Shown: in pieces, positions 1 through 9,283 of the stretch
Numbering within the stretch: position 1 is the stretch's first letter
Layout: every line of letters begins with the position of its first letter
Translations under genes and position numbers: made by a program
The notes under the pieces: generated by a model
The model's database searches: none
What the model was told of the DNA's origin: nothing
Seen by the model: the letters and a program-made list of their open reading frames with translations, nothing else
IMG/VR virus record: IMGVR_UViG_3300033463_000011
Coordinates: 64,001 to 128,000 of that record
Reading direction: 5' to 3' (one strand)
DNA length: 64,000 nt
Origin: a virus
Lineage: Duplodnaviria; Caudoviricetes

Positions 1-315
1 GAGTATAAACCTAAAGAAATCAGATCATTTTCAGATCGAGCACATACTTCAGGTAAATTATATTCTATCTTAGGATTCATTGAGCTGCGCAGAAGCGATT
101 ACGGATATGTTTGGGTCAACCTTAATACAGATAAAGCATATTCTCGATTTAATTCGCAAAAGCGTAATATTAAGCAATTTCTCAAAGATGATACTATTGA
201 TTTATCTAAAACAGAAGTGCAGATAATGGTTGAGCATGGATTTGTGCAGGTATTTGATTCAGGAACAATTACATGGCAGATGATACTAGATAATAGAAAG
301 GAGGATATTGCATGA
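1..315 (+). CDS. 3' end of a putative free-standing homing endonuclease-like protein (partial)
   Basis: Frame 1 is open from the window edge: EYKPKEIRSFSDRAHTSGKLYSILGF...GFVQVFDSGTITW...*. This resembles the C-terminus of Hef-like phage endonucleases. Its TGA overlaps the PolA ATG (ATGA). Confidence 0.55.
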   Translation, partial: EYKPKEIRSFSDRAHTSGKLYSILGFIELRRSDYGYVWVNLNTDKAYSRFNSQKRNIKQFLKDDTIDLSKTEVQIMVEHGFVQVFDSGTITWQMILDNRKEDIA

Positions 316-1607
316 CAAAGTATCAAATTCCAATAATAACGTCTCCTTATGTAATGATGTCGTCAGACTATTCGCAACAGGAGCCAAAACTCACTGCTTA
401 TTGTAGTTCTGACCCTAACATGATTGATGCTTTCCAACATAATAAAGATATCTATTCTACTATTGCGTCGCTTGCATTTCATAAATCATATGAAGATTGT
501 CTTGAATTCTTTGTAGATGAAAATGGAAATAAAACAGATGAAGTAAACAGGGAGGGTAAAGAGCGAAGAGGAAGTGCTAAGAGCATTGTATTAGGAATTC
601 TTTACGGGCGTTCTACAAAAACTATCGGCGATCAGTTGTTTGGGGGAAATAAGCAAATGACCGATGATGAAAAAACTGCAGAAGCTCAAAAAGTTTATGA
701 TGCAGTTCTTAATGCGTTTCCTAATCTTAGGGCGTTTATGATTAAAGCTCAAGGAGATGCTCGCAAACAAGGATATGTAGAAACCATACTTGGAAGACGT
801 AGGCATATTCCTGATATGCAATTACCTCCTTTTGAATTTAAAGCAGGAAAAGGTTATGTTAATCCCGATATTGATCCATTAGATCCATCTACCCTCCAGA
901 ATAAGAATGAGATTCCAGAAAGAATCGTTAAACAACTTGAGAAAGAATTTGCTAATTATAAGTATTTTGGTCAAATAGTCAAAGCAACTAAGAGACTTGA
1001 AGCAGAACATATAAGAGTTATTAATAATTCTAGAAAAATTACTGACGCTTCAAGGAAAACAGTAAATAGCATAATCCAGGGAAGTGCAGCAGACTTAACT
1101 AAGATGGCTATGCTTAAGATATTTGATAACCCAGAATGGAGTCAGTTAGGTGCAAGAGTACTGCTTCCTGTACACGACGAAATCATTGCTGAAGTACCTA
1201 TAAGAAATTCAGAAAGAGCTGCAGAAATTTTAGGTGCAATGATGAGTGAAGCAGGCAATTTCTTGCCGTTTTCTATCAGCTGCGATGTAGATGTAACACA
1301 TAAATGGTATGGATTAAGCTATCCTTGTCAATATGACAGGCCTTCTAGGATTGATGCTACTGAGCAATTAACCGAATCAGAAATCAAATGGATACAGTAT
1401 CATTTATTTGAATGTGAATATACTTTGCCTGTATACAAGGACAAAGACGGAAAGAAACCTATAGGTGATGCAGCATTAGGAGTAAACGGTATATGGTCAG
1501 AAGAAGCACAAGCTGCTTTAGATAATTATTTACAAAAATATAATGTTGCTAATGATAATTTTGTAGATAATATCTATCATAGAGTTAATGGAGACATAGT
1601 AAAATAA
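312..1607 (+). CDS. polA: Family A DNA polymerase, C-terminal part only (split gene)
   Basis: Motif A DYSQQEP, motif B RGSAKSIVLGILYG, motif C VHDE and NSIIQGSAAD are present. The ORF starts just before motif A with its own RBS (GGAGG). Confidence 0.92.
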   Translation: MTKYQIPIITSPYVMMSSDYSQQEPKLTAYCSSDPNMIDAFQHNKDIYSTIASLAFHKSYEDCLEFFVDENGNKTDEVNREGKERRGSAKSIVLGILYGRSTKTIGDQLFGGNKQMTDDEKTAEAQKVYDAVLNAFPNLRAFMIKAQGDARKQGYVETILGRRRHIPDMQLPPFEFKAGKGYVNPDIDPLDPSTLQNKNEIPERIVKQLEKEFANYKYFGQIVKATKRLEAEHIRVINNSRKITDASRKTVNSIIQGSAADLTKMAMLKIFDNPEWSQLGARVLLPVHDEIIAEVPIRNSERAAEILGAMMSEAGNFLPFSISCDVDVTHKWYGLSYPCQYDRPSRIDATEQLTESEIKWIQYHLFECEYTLPVYKDKDGKKPIGDAALGVNGIWSEEAQAALDNYLQKYNVANDNFVDNIYHRVNGDIVK

Positions 1608-1632
1608 AAACACATAAAGGAGAAATCAAAAC

Positions 1633-2739
1633 ATGAAATTTACTGTATCAACCAAGCCATTACAGAACGCAGTTGATTTAGGAATTATTAAAGAGAATAT
1701 TTCCAAATTCAATCAGAAGAGCTGTCTTGCTCAGATAACAGCAACAAGAGAAGAGCTTAGAATCAACATTGAGGCTCCGTCAATTTATACAGAAATTGTG
1801 CTTAAAGGTTCAGGAGATTCCGATACTACAGAAACAATATTTGTAGATTGCGCATTGCTCAGACAGCTCATTGATTCATTTGATAAGGATATCACATCAA
1901 TTGATTTCGTAGATGGAGGTATCGTATTACATTCTGGGTCAAGTAAATTTACTTTGCCTAAGTTGTTAGATGCAAACAACCTTTCACTTAATAGACCTGC
2001 AGCTATTACTGACGGCAATCCTATTGAATTAAAGTCTAGTGATTGGAAGTTTGTTAAGGAACATCAGATGTTCGCAATTTCAATTTGGATGATTCACCCG
2101 GTATATACTAAAGTTTGGATTGGCGATGACGGCAAAGTAATTATTGGCGATATTGATAATGCTATTTTTACATTATCTAATAAGTCTAATTTAGGTTCTA
2201 CATGTCTGCTTAATCCTACAATTATTAACTTATTCACTAACCTTCCCGAAGGTTCGAAGATTCAGAAAAATGATAATAGTTATATTCTCAAAGTAGACAC
2301 TGATGGATATACACTTACTTCTCAGTTTGTTCCAGAGTATGAATCAGATGAAGGTGTAGGAAGTTATAATTCAGATGCTATTCTTGGCACATTAAAGTAT
2401 CCTGAAAATTATATTACCGTAGATGTAGCTCCTATTAATAAGTTCTTAGGTCAAGCAGATATTGTTGCAACTGCACAAGATACTTCTACATTCTTCAAGT
2501 TTGAGCATGGAGTATTAATTCTTAATAGAGGTTCCGGTGATTTTAAAGTTAACGTAGATGTTTCTGGAAATCTCGAAGGATATTCAGGCGATTTTAAGTC
2601 AACATTCTTTAAGTCAATATTCTCAAGTATTGATGGCGATAAGATTAAGATTGGTCCTGTGTATAATGAAGGCGAGTTATCTGGTAGCTTGTTCTGGACG
2701 GATAATATTTCAATTGTACTTGCATTCCAAGAGGAGTAA
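1633..2739 (+). CDS. DNA sliding clamp (DnaN/beta-clamp-like)
   Basis: 368 aa with an MKFTVS...LQNAV N-terminus like DnaN; lies between PolA and the clamp-loader genes. Confidence 0.65.
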   Translation: MKFTVSTKPLQNAVDLGIIKENISKFNQKSCLAQITATREELRINIEAPSIYTEIVLKGSGDSDTTETIFVDCALLRQLIDSFDKDITSIDFVDGGIVLHSGSSKFTLPKLLDANNLSLNRPAAITDGNPIELKSSDWKFVKEHQMFAISIWMIHPVYTKVWIGDDGKVIIGDIDNAIFTLSNKSNLGSTCLLNPTIINLFTNLPEGSKIQKNDNSYILKVDTDGYTLTSQFVPEYESDEGVGSYNSDAILGTLKYPENYITVDVAPINKFLGQADIVATAQDTSTFFKFEHGVLILNRGSGDFKVNVDVSGNLEGYSGDFKSTFFKSIFSSIDGDKIKIGPVYNEGELSGSLFWTDNISIVLAFQEE

Positions 2740-2742
2740 CAT

Positions 2743-3513
2743 ATGGCATTTAAATCTATTGACGAAGTAAGGCTCGCTAGATTTAATTCTGCATTAAGTA
2801 GTGATTTTCTAGATTACTATGAAACTTCTTTAGACAATTTTATTCGTCAAGCTGAGGCAACTCCTCCATCTAAAACATTTGCTCCATCATCAATACGATG
2901 TAAACGAGTAAGCTGGTTTAGGTTAAGAGGAGTTGACCCTGAAGTTGAAACTAAAGTTGATAGATCTTTGAGATTTACTGCCGATGTAGGAACAGCGTGT
3001 CATCATATCATACAATCTACATTGATTGGAAGTTTAGGGAATGATTGGGTTGATGTAAAAGAATACCTTTCTAATCTCAACCCTCCGTACAAGTATTCTT
3101 GCGAACAGCTTGGATTTGAAACAAGGATAGAGATACAAGACCCTCCAATCAAGTTCGCTCCAGATGGAATCATTAATTTTCAAGGAGAAACCCGATTGTT
3201 GGAAATTAAAACATCTGATAAAATAAGTTTCGACAAACTTTCAGATCCAAAATCACATCATATTGACCAAGTAAAATGTTATTGCACTTTACTTAACTTA
3301 CATAGCGCTTTGATGATTTACCAAGATAGGCAGTATGGTGATATGAAGTGTTACGAAGTAAAAGTAACAGATAATGACATGAAAGAAATGTGGAAAATGT
3401 TTAGCGAAGTGCAAGATTACGTGAGTAAGAATATAGCTCCACCTAAACCTGAAAATCAAAGATATTGTACACCTAGTTATTGCAGATACTATAACAGATG
3501 TAAAGAATGGTAG
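2743..3513 (+). CDS. Cas4/RecB-like PD-(D/E)XK exonuclease
   Basis: PSSIRC, GTACH, PDG...EIKT and QVKCY motifs plus a C-terminal Cys cluster (CTPSYCRYYNRC). Confidence 0.8.
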   Translation: MAFKSIDEVRLARFNSALSSDFLDYYETSLDNFIRQAEATPPSKTFAPSSIRCKRVSWFRLRGVDPEVETKVDRSLRFTADVGTACHHIIQSTLIGSLGNDWVDVKEYLSNLNPPYKYSCEQLGFETRIEIQDPPIKFAPDGIINFQGETRLLEIKTSDKISFDKLSDPKSHHIDQVKCYCTLLNLHSALMIYQDRQYGDMKCYEVKVTDNDMKEMWKMFSEVQDYVSKNIAPPKPENQRYCTPSYCRYYNRCKEW

Positions 3514-3558
3514 AATCGTTATAGTAAATGTATTTTATGGTATTAGGAGATATATGTA

Positions 3559-4578
3559 ATGGCTTCATTAGCAACAAAATATAGACCTAAAGATTTTTCC
3601 TCAGTAGTTGAGCAAACTCTAGTTGTTGATTTGATTCAAAAGATGTGTTCATCTGAAAAATTGTCTAACAGATGTTTTCTTCTTATAGGTCCGGCGGGGT
3701 GTGGAAAGACGTCTTTGAGCCGGTTGGTTGCTCAAGAACTCAATGAGGGTAAAGGAGAACCTATAGAAGTAGATGCAGCTTCACATGGAAGTACTGAAGA
3801 AATTCGCCTATTGATGTCACAAGCTGCGCAGTATCCTATAGGAATGAAATATAAAGTATTCATAATTGATGAGGTTCATTCTGTTAGTTCTCAAGGTTTC
3901 CAAGTTATGTTGAAAACACTTGAAGAGCAGCCTGCACGTGCAGTTTTTCTTCTGTGTACTACAAATCCGGAAAAGATTCCTGCAACAATATTGTCAAGAG
4001 TACAAACTTTTAGACTTTCAAAGATAAGTACAGAAGGAATTCAGAATAGACTTAAATATGTAATTGAGCAGGAAAACAAAGAGGGTCAGGAAATTACTTA
4101 TAATGAAGATGCCTTAAACTATATTGCTAGATTATCTAATGGTGGAATGAGAGATAGTTTAACTAATCTCGATAGATGTTTAGCGTTTAGTAAAGATGTA
4201 ACAATGGAAAATGTTACTGAAGCGTTAGACCTACCAGATTATGATACTTATTTTTCTCTATTAAATTATCTTGTTAAAAAAGATAACGAACAGGTAACTA
4301 AGACTATAGATGAGGTGTATAACTGCGGTACAAACTTTGTTAAGTGGTTTGAAGGATTTCATTCGTTCTTGTGTAATATTGTAAAGTACATCTATATGAA
4401 AGACATCGGCATGACAATGATACCTTCACAGTATGCAGATAAATTATCAAATTATACAGAAGCACATGCAGTAATTTGTTTGAAACTTTCAACAGTATTA
4501 TTGCAGCTTAATAAAGATTTAAAAACAACTCAATACCAAGTAGAAACAGCATTAACATATTTACTTTCGAAGAAGTGA
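3559..4578 (+). CDS. dnaX: Clamp loader gamma/tau-like subunit
   Basis: LATKYRP, Walker A GPAGCGKT, IIDEVH, LKTLEE, TILSR and GGMRD motifs. Confidence 0.9.
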   Translation: MASLATKYRPKDFSSVVEQTLVVDLIQKMCSSEKLSNRCFLLIGPAGCGKTSLSRLVAQELNEGKGEPIEVDAASHGSTEEIRLLMSQAAQYPIGMKYKVFIIDEVHSVSSQGFQVMLKTLEEQPARAVFLLCTTNPEKIPATILSRVQTFRLSKISTEGIQNRLKYVIEQENKEGQEITYNEDALNYIARLSNGGMRDSLTNLDRCLAFSKDVTMENVTEALDLPDYDTYFSLLNYLVKKDNEQVTKTIDEVYNCGTNFVKWFEGFHSFLCNIVKYIYMKDIGMTMIPSQYADKLSNYTEAHAVICLKLSTVLLQLNKDLKTTQYQVETALTYLLSKK

Positions 4579-4587
4579 GGATGTATT

Positions 4588-5118
4588 ATGGGAACAATAG
4601 CAAATGCTTTATCTTCATTGCAGGAAGATTTCAATGCTGCCGATAAGGTAGTAGACGATATTTATAATAATTATTTTGCAAAATATTTTCAGCGTGAAGT
4701 TGAAATGCAAGAAAAATTTAGAGATATAAATGTATCAATAACTGATAAAGAGTTAGAGTGGATTATTACTTCGCTCCCGCTAGATTTATTTGCAGCTTCT
4801 GATGCATTATCTCAATTTAAGCAGCATAATGAGATTGTTAAACTTACAATCAAACAGCGCAAAAGCAAAGGAGTAGAATCGCAGGAAATTGATGAAGAAT
4901 ACAAACTAATGCAAATTGTATATACTTCAGTAATTGATAAAGTTGAGCATCAAATTTCTTTTTCAAAAGAGTTAATTATGGGTGCTAAAAAAGTATGGGA
5001 TGCTCGCAAGCGTTCCGAACAACCTCCTATTAATGAAGTTAATATTCCAGAACTCCCTGAATATAAGCCGATTGTAAAACAAACAGGAGTGTATGTTAAA
5101 GGAGTAGACAATGTCTAA
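4588..5118 (+). CDS. Hypothetical helical protein (possible UvsY-like recombination mediator)
   Basis: ORF with RBS, close upstream of RecA. The function is a positional guess only. Confidence 0.4.
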   Translation: MGTIANALSSLQEDFNAADKVVDDIYNNYFAKYFQREVEMQEKFRDINVSITDKELEWIITSLPLDLFAASDALSQFKQHNEIVKLTIKQRKSKGVESQEIDEEYKLMQIVYTSVIDKVEHQISFSKELIMGAKKVWDARKRSEQPPINEVNIPELPEYKPIVKQTGVYVKGVDNV

Positions 5119-5284
5119 AGTAAAATTCATCTACACTAAGAACAGAACATATCGATGTTCAGTATGCGGTTGGGAGTATAAAGAATTACCTCCAGAAGAT
5201 AATAATTCTGAAAGTAATGGTTGTCCCAATTGCTGGTTGATAGAAAATACGAAAGGACGTAGACAGAATGCCAACATTCAGTGA
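5111..5284 (+). CDS. Small rubredoxin-like / Zn-ribbon protein (57 aa, not in ORF track)
   Basis: MSKVKFIYTKNRTYRCSVCGWEY...GCPNCW; GGAG upstream; overlaps both neighbours. Confidence 0.55.
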   Translation: MSKVKFIYTKNRTYRCSVCGWEYKELPPEDNNSESNGCPNCWLIENTKGRRQNANIQ

Positions 5285-6446
5285 AATAATCAAAAAGTGC
5301 GAAAAAGATTGGGCATGTCCTGAATTGATGGAGAGTGTTAATAAGGTTGGTGGAAGGAAAATTCCGTTTTCATCGCCTACACTTAATTGGGCAACTTATG
5401 GAGGCATTCCTAGAGCTGCAATAACAGAATTTTACGGAATACCTTCTGGCGGAAAATCAACCACCGCAATTGATATATGTAAAAACGCATTAGATATATT
5501 CATTCAAGAATATAATGATGAAGTTCTTGCTCTTGAAGAGAAAATAGCAAGCGGTAAAAAAGAATATAAAACAGCATTGTCAGATCTAAAGGATAGAGGA
5601 CCTAAAAAAGTTCTGTATTTAGACCTTGAGCATGCGTTTGATAGAAAATGGGCAGCAACCTTAGGCATCACTAATAAAGCTATTGAAGTAATGCAACCGC
5701 CGAATGTTGCAGCTGAACCTATATTGCAAGCAGTTCAAGGTCTTATAGAATCTGGTGAATTAGGGCTACTTGTATTAGATTCAATTCCTTCCCTTGTAAC
5801 TCAATCAGAACTTGAAAAGAAATTTGGAGAGCGTACTGTAGCATCTCTTGCAGGTTTGTTAACTATATTTCTTAGAAAAGTAACTCAGCTATTATCTAGA
5901 TATGATTGCACAATATTACTCATCAATCAGATTCGTGACAACATGGAAAATCCTTATGTAGATAATACACCGGGAGGAGAAGCAGTTAAATTTTACTCAT
6001 CTTTGATACTTTCATTCAAGCTAGGCAATCCTGTTGATTTCTTAGGTAATGAGCTTCCTCAAAAAGCAGAAAATCCTGCAGGTTATAAGATTGTTGTTAA
6101 GGTAGTTAAGCAGAAGTCAGCTCCGTTTGATAGAAAGTTAGGTGAATATTTCTTAATGGCTCAATCCGGTTTGAGGGTTGATTTTGAATTTGCAGAGTTA
6201 GCAATTAAACGATACGAAATAATTCGCAAAGGTGGAGCTTGGTTTACTGTTTGCGATCCCGAAACTAAAGAGCCACTTGAAAATGAAGATGGCGTAATCG
6301 TTAAATTAAATGGACAAGCAAAAGTATACGACTATCTTCAGAATAATCCTGAGTATTATGAAAAGTTGTGTAATTTTATTGTTGCTGATATAAATAAAAA
6401 CGGAGTTGAGGTAGAGGATAATATTCCTGATATAGTAGATGACTAA
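5268..6446 (+). CDS. recA: RecA/UvsX recombinase
   Basis: GGIPR, Walker A GIPSGGKST, LDLEHA, VLDSI, INQIRD and PGGEAVKFYSS motifs. Confidence 0.95.
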   Translation: MPTFSEIIKKCEKDWACPELMESVNKVGGRKIPFSSPTLNWATYGGIPRAAITEFYGIPSGGKSTTAIDICKNALDIFIQEYNDEVLALEEKIASGKKEYKTALSDLKDRGPKKVLYLDLEHAFDRKWAATLGITNKAIEVMQPPNVAAEPILQAVQGLIESGELGLLVLDSIPSLVTQSELEKKFGERTVASLAGLLTIFLRKVTQLLSRYDCTILLINQIRDNMENPYVDNTPGGEAVKFYSSLILSFKLGNPVDFLGNELPQKAENPAGYKIVVKVVKQKSAPFDRKLGEYFLMAQSGLRVDFEFAELAIKRYEIIRKGGAWFTVCDPETKEPLENEDGVIVKLNGQAKVYDYLQNNPEYYEKLCNFIVADINKNGVEVEDNIPDIVDD

Positions 6447-6948
6447 TAAGGAAGCATCAGCAAAACAAGAGAAAATGGTAGCCGATTTTATGGGTTGGGA
6501 TGTCGTTTCTGGAAGCGGCGCCCGCCCTTTTGCTCCTGGTGATGTTAAAAATGACCATTATTTAGTCGAATGCAAAACACATATAGACGAGAAAAATAAC
6601 ATTGTTTTCTATAAAAAGCATTGGATTAAAATTTTAACTGAGTCGCAATCAACCCATAAATATCCTGCATTAATTGTAGATAATGGTACACAAAAATCCC
6701 AAAATACTTGGGTGATGATTTCTTGGAGAGTGTTACCTACTAATACTAATATCATTGCTGGAGTAATTAACACATCTAAAAAAGACACTACATTTACATT
6801 TAATCACAATAATACATATTCGTTATATAAGTCGAATTATAAATCTGGACGCATAAATTGTATCTCAACTTGGTTTGATAATTATGAAGTTGCGATAATG
6901 TTATTAGAAGAATTCAGAAATTATTATCATCAGGAGTTTGAATCATGA
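6439..6948 (+). CDS. Holliday junction resolvase-like PD-(D/E)XK nuclease
   Basis: QE...SGA...GDV...LVECK motif pattern. Confidence 0.7.
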   Translation: MTNKEASAKQEKMVADFMGWDVVSGSGARPFAPGDVKNDHYLVECKTHIDEKNNIVFYKKHWIKILTESQSTHKYPALIVDNGTQKSQNTWVMISWRVLPTNTNIIAGVINTSKKDTTFTFNHNNTYSLYKSNYKSGRINCISTWFDNYEVAIMLLEEFRNYYHQEFES

Positions 6949-7202
6949 AAAAGTCAATTGCATTACTTTTAATCCTTACAGCATTTCTTACTTTAACTAG
7001 TTGCAACTATAACGTAGTCGATTTGACATATTCTTTTGATTATGGCTATATCAGATTACCTAATGGTGAGCTTATTGAAGGTGAGGTATCTGCTTGGAGA
7101 GATTACGAAGATGGCGATCAGCTTCAAGTTACAATAAATGACAACACTTATCTAGTACATTCGAATAACTGTGTTTTAGTTAAGTACGGAGATCAATACT
7201 GA
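6945..7202 (+). CDS. Lipoprotein
   Basis: MKK, a hydrophobic stretch and lipobox LTSC. Confidence 0.75.
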   Translation: MKKSIALLLILTAFLTLTSCNYNVVDLTYSFDYGYIRLPNGELIEGEVSAWRDYEDGDQLQVTINDNTYLVHSNNCVLVKYGDQY

Positions 7203-8113
7203 TGTTAACTATTCAAGAGCTGGGTCTTAGTATAATGTCAGATTCACCTAAGAATTTTTATATCTTAGGTGGAACAGAATTTGGAATCAAAGAGAAATAT
7301 ATCGACATTCTTGCTTCAAAGATAGGAACTAAAATAGAGCATTCTAATCTTTTAGAATTACTTCCTTCAATGGAAAAGAAACAAATGATTCCTGTACCTC
7401 CGTCACTATATGTTATCAGATATGATAAAACATTCTTAAGCAAACTTAATCCAGAATTAGTTCAAAGAATACATAAATGCAAAATCAATGGATGTATTGT
7501 GCTGTTATATGAATCTGATTCTGATATAAACAAGTGCGATAAGTTTTTTCCAGATAACACTTCAACTATAATGCACATTGACAGTAAGTTTATCATCAAA
7601 TATCTTAAATCAGATTTTCCAGAACTCAAACCGGAATATTATACAATAGCTGCAAATGTTGCTTCTGATTATTATCAAGCAAAGAATATTTGCAGATGTT
7701 TGTATTCAATACAAGATAGATATACGTTAACAGAGAGCCAAATAAAATACATATTTGGATTAGACACTTCCTATTCTGACAATGATGTAATGTTAGCTGT
7801 TGCAAATAGAGATTTTGGATCGTTAGTGTATATATCGGAACATTACGACGGTGAAATACAAAACATTCTCTACACAATGTTAAGAACAATGATTGAGCTA
7901 GATAAATGCTTAGATAATAAGTATTCAGATTCAATAGTTAAAAAAGCAGCAAAATTATGGACAAGATATGATGTATACTTTTTCTTTAATCATGTGTATA
8001 ATGCAGTTAAGCAACTCAGATTAGGGTATTCTAATGATCCTTCCTTATATATTGTGTACTTAGCAGCATTGCTTAGGTTTAAACAAATTCCAGATACGAG
8101 GGCATTTCAGTGA
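7202..8113 (+). CDS. Clamp loader delta (HolA)-like subunit
   Basis: NFYILGGTEFGIKEKYI resembles the HolA N-terminus (YLLxGxE); ~300 aa; genomic context fits. Confidence 0.55.
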   Translation: MLTIQELGLSIMSDSPKNFYILGGTEFGIKEKYIDILASKIGTKIEHSNLLELLPSMEKKQMIPVPPSLYVIRYDKTFLSKLNPELVQRIHKCKINGCIVLLYESDSDINKCDKFFPDNTSTIMHIDSKFIIKYLKSDFPELKPEYYTIAANVASDYYQAKNICRCLYSIQDRYTLTESQIKYIFGLDTSYSDNDVMLAVANRDFGSLVYISEHYDGEIQNILYTMLRTMIELDKCLDNKYSDSIVKKAAKLWTRYDVYFFFNHVYNAVKQLRLGYSNDPSLYIVYLAALLRFKQIPDTRAFQ

Positions 8114-8283
8114 GCATCTTAATCGAATGTGATAGCTGTAAGCATCAAGTTTACGTAGATAGTAACACAATTGATAGTTATGTTGAAATTGCCGCATCTT
8201 GCGAGCATAGAATTAAAACATATCATCTGTGTCGCGATTGTTATGAATCAAAGTTTTTGAAAGAGATCTTTGGCGAGGATTAA
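8110..8283 (+). CDS. Small Zn-finger protein (57 aa, GTG start, not in ORF track)
   Basis: CDSC...HLCRDC; fills the gap between the delta and delta' genes with a GTGA overlap. Confidence 0.6.
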   Translation: MSILIECDSCKHQVYVDSNTIDSYVEIAASCEHRIKTYHLCRDCYESKFLKEIFGED

Positions 8284-8285
8284 AT

Positions 8286-9065
8286 ATGGATTTTCAATGT
8301 CATTCACAAGCTATAAAGAATCTTCGTCAGATATGTGACGCTAATCGGCATACAATAATTGTAACAGGTGCATCTGGTTCAGGAAAAACGTTTTTAGTTA
8401 AACAATGGGCAACTATGCTCAATATTTCTGATGTAGCTGTTGTTAACCCTTCAGTCAATGAATTAAAAACAATAATTGATACTCTTTTAGATAATCATGC
8501 ACCTGCAGTTATGTGTATTGAAAATTTAGATGAAGGTGTAACACAGGCTGCATACCCTCTATTAAAATTCTTAGAAGAGTGTCCGGATTATCTGTATGTT
8601 GCAGTAACTTGTACCAACATAAGAAATATTCCTGAAACTATTGTTAGCAGATGTATTGTTGTTGATGTAGCAATGCCAACAGCTAAAGATTTGTCTGATT
8701 TTGCATTATCAATTAATTCAGAAAATTATTATCTTGTTAAAGATAAACTAATTTGGAAATGTGCAAAAACTTTCACAGATGTTAAAAATATCTTATCTCT
8801 TGATTCAAACAAATTAGCTTATTTTGAATCGTTATCTAATATAACAGAATTTAATGAAAATGTTAGCAGTATTGCATGGAAATTGCAACATTATCCAGAC
8901 AATTCGGAATCTCCAATAATATTAGTAGTCAGATATCTTATGCAAATTGTTAAACCTAATCAAGTAAGTTCATGTATTGAATGTTTAAATGACTTAAATT
9001 ACAATAGGTTATCTAAAAACGCTATAATAAGTAAATTAATATTCGATTTAAAATATACCGAGTAA
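8286..9065 (+). CDS. Clamp loader delta' (HolB)-like AAA+ subunit
   Basis: GASGSGKT, LLKFLEE and TIVSRC motifs. Confidence 0.75.
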   Translation: MDFQCHSQAIKNLRQICDANRHTIIVTGASGSGKTFLVKQWATMLNISDVAVVNPSVNELKTIIDTLLDNHAPAVMCIENLDEGVTQAAYPLLKFLEECPDYLYVAVTCTNIRNIPETIVSRCIVVDVAMPTAKDLSDFALSINSENYYLVKDKLIWKCAKTFTDVKNILSLDSNKLAYFESLSNITEFNENVSSIAWKLQHYPDNSESPIILVVRYLMQIVKPNQVSSCIECLNDLNYNRLSKNAIISKLIFDLKYTE

Positions 9066-9075
9066 GGAGAATTGT

Positions 9076-9273
9076 ATGAATGAATACGAATACAAAGTTG
9101 TCGTTGATAACAAAGTTTATGCAAGGGAAATGGATCTGCAAACTGCACTAACTTTAACAGAAGCTTTGTTTAACAAATGGCATGGAGAGACAAATCTTGC
9201 AATAACTATTGAAAGAGAAGACTTTAGTGTTAGGGTGTCAGAAGATAAGGTTAGATTAGAAGTAACAAAATAA
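9076..9273 (+). CDS. Hypothetical protein
   Basis: ORF with AGGAG RBS. Confidence 0.6.
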   Translation: MNEYEYKVVVDNKVYAREMDLQTALTLTEALFNKWHGETNLAITIEREDFSVRVSEDKVRLEVTK

Positions 9274-9283
9274 GGAGAGTATA

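Noticed and set aside
312-370. Split-intein C half at the start of the PolA fragment
   Set aside because: No block F/G or HN-[CST] junction before motif A.
2743-3513. Cas4-like gene as part of a CRISPR-Cas system
   Set aside because: No repeat-spacer array or other cas genes are visible. Solo Cas4-like nucleases are common in phage replication blocks.
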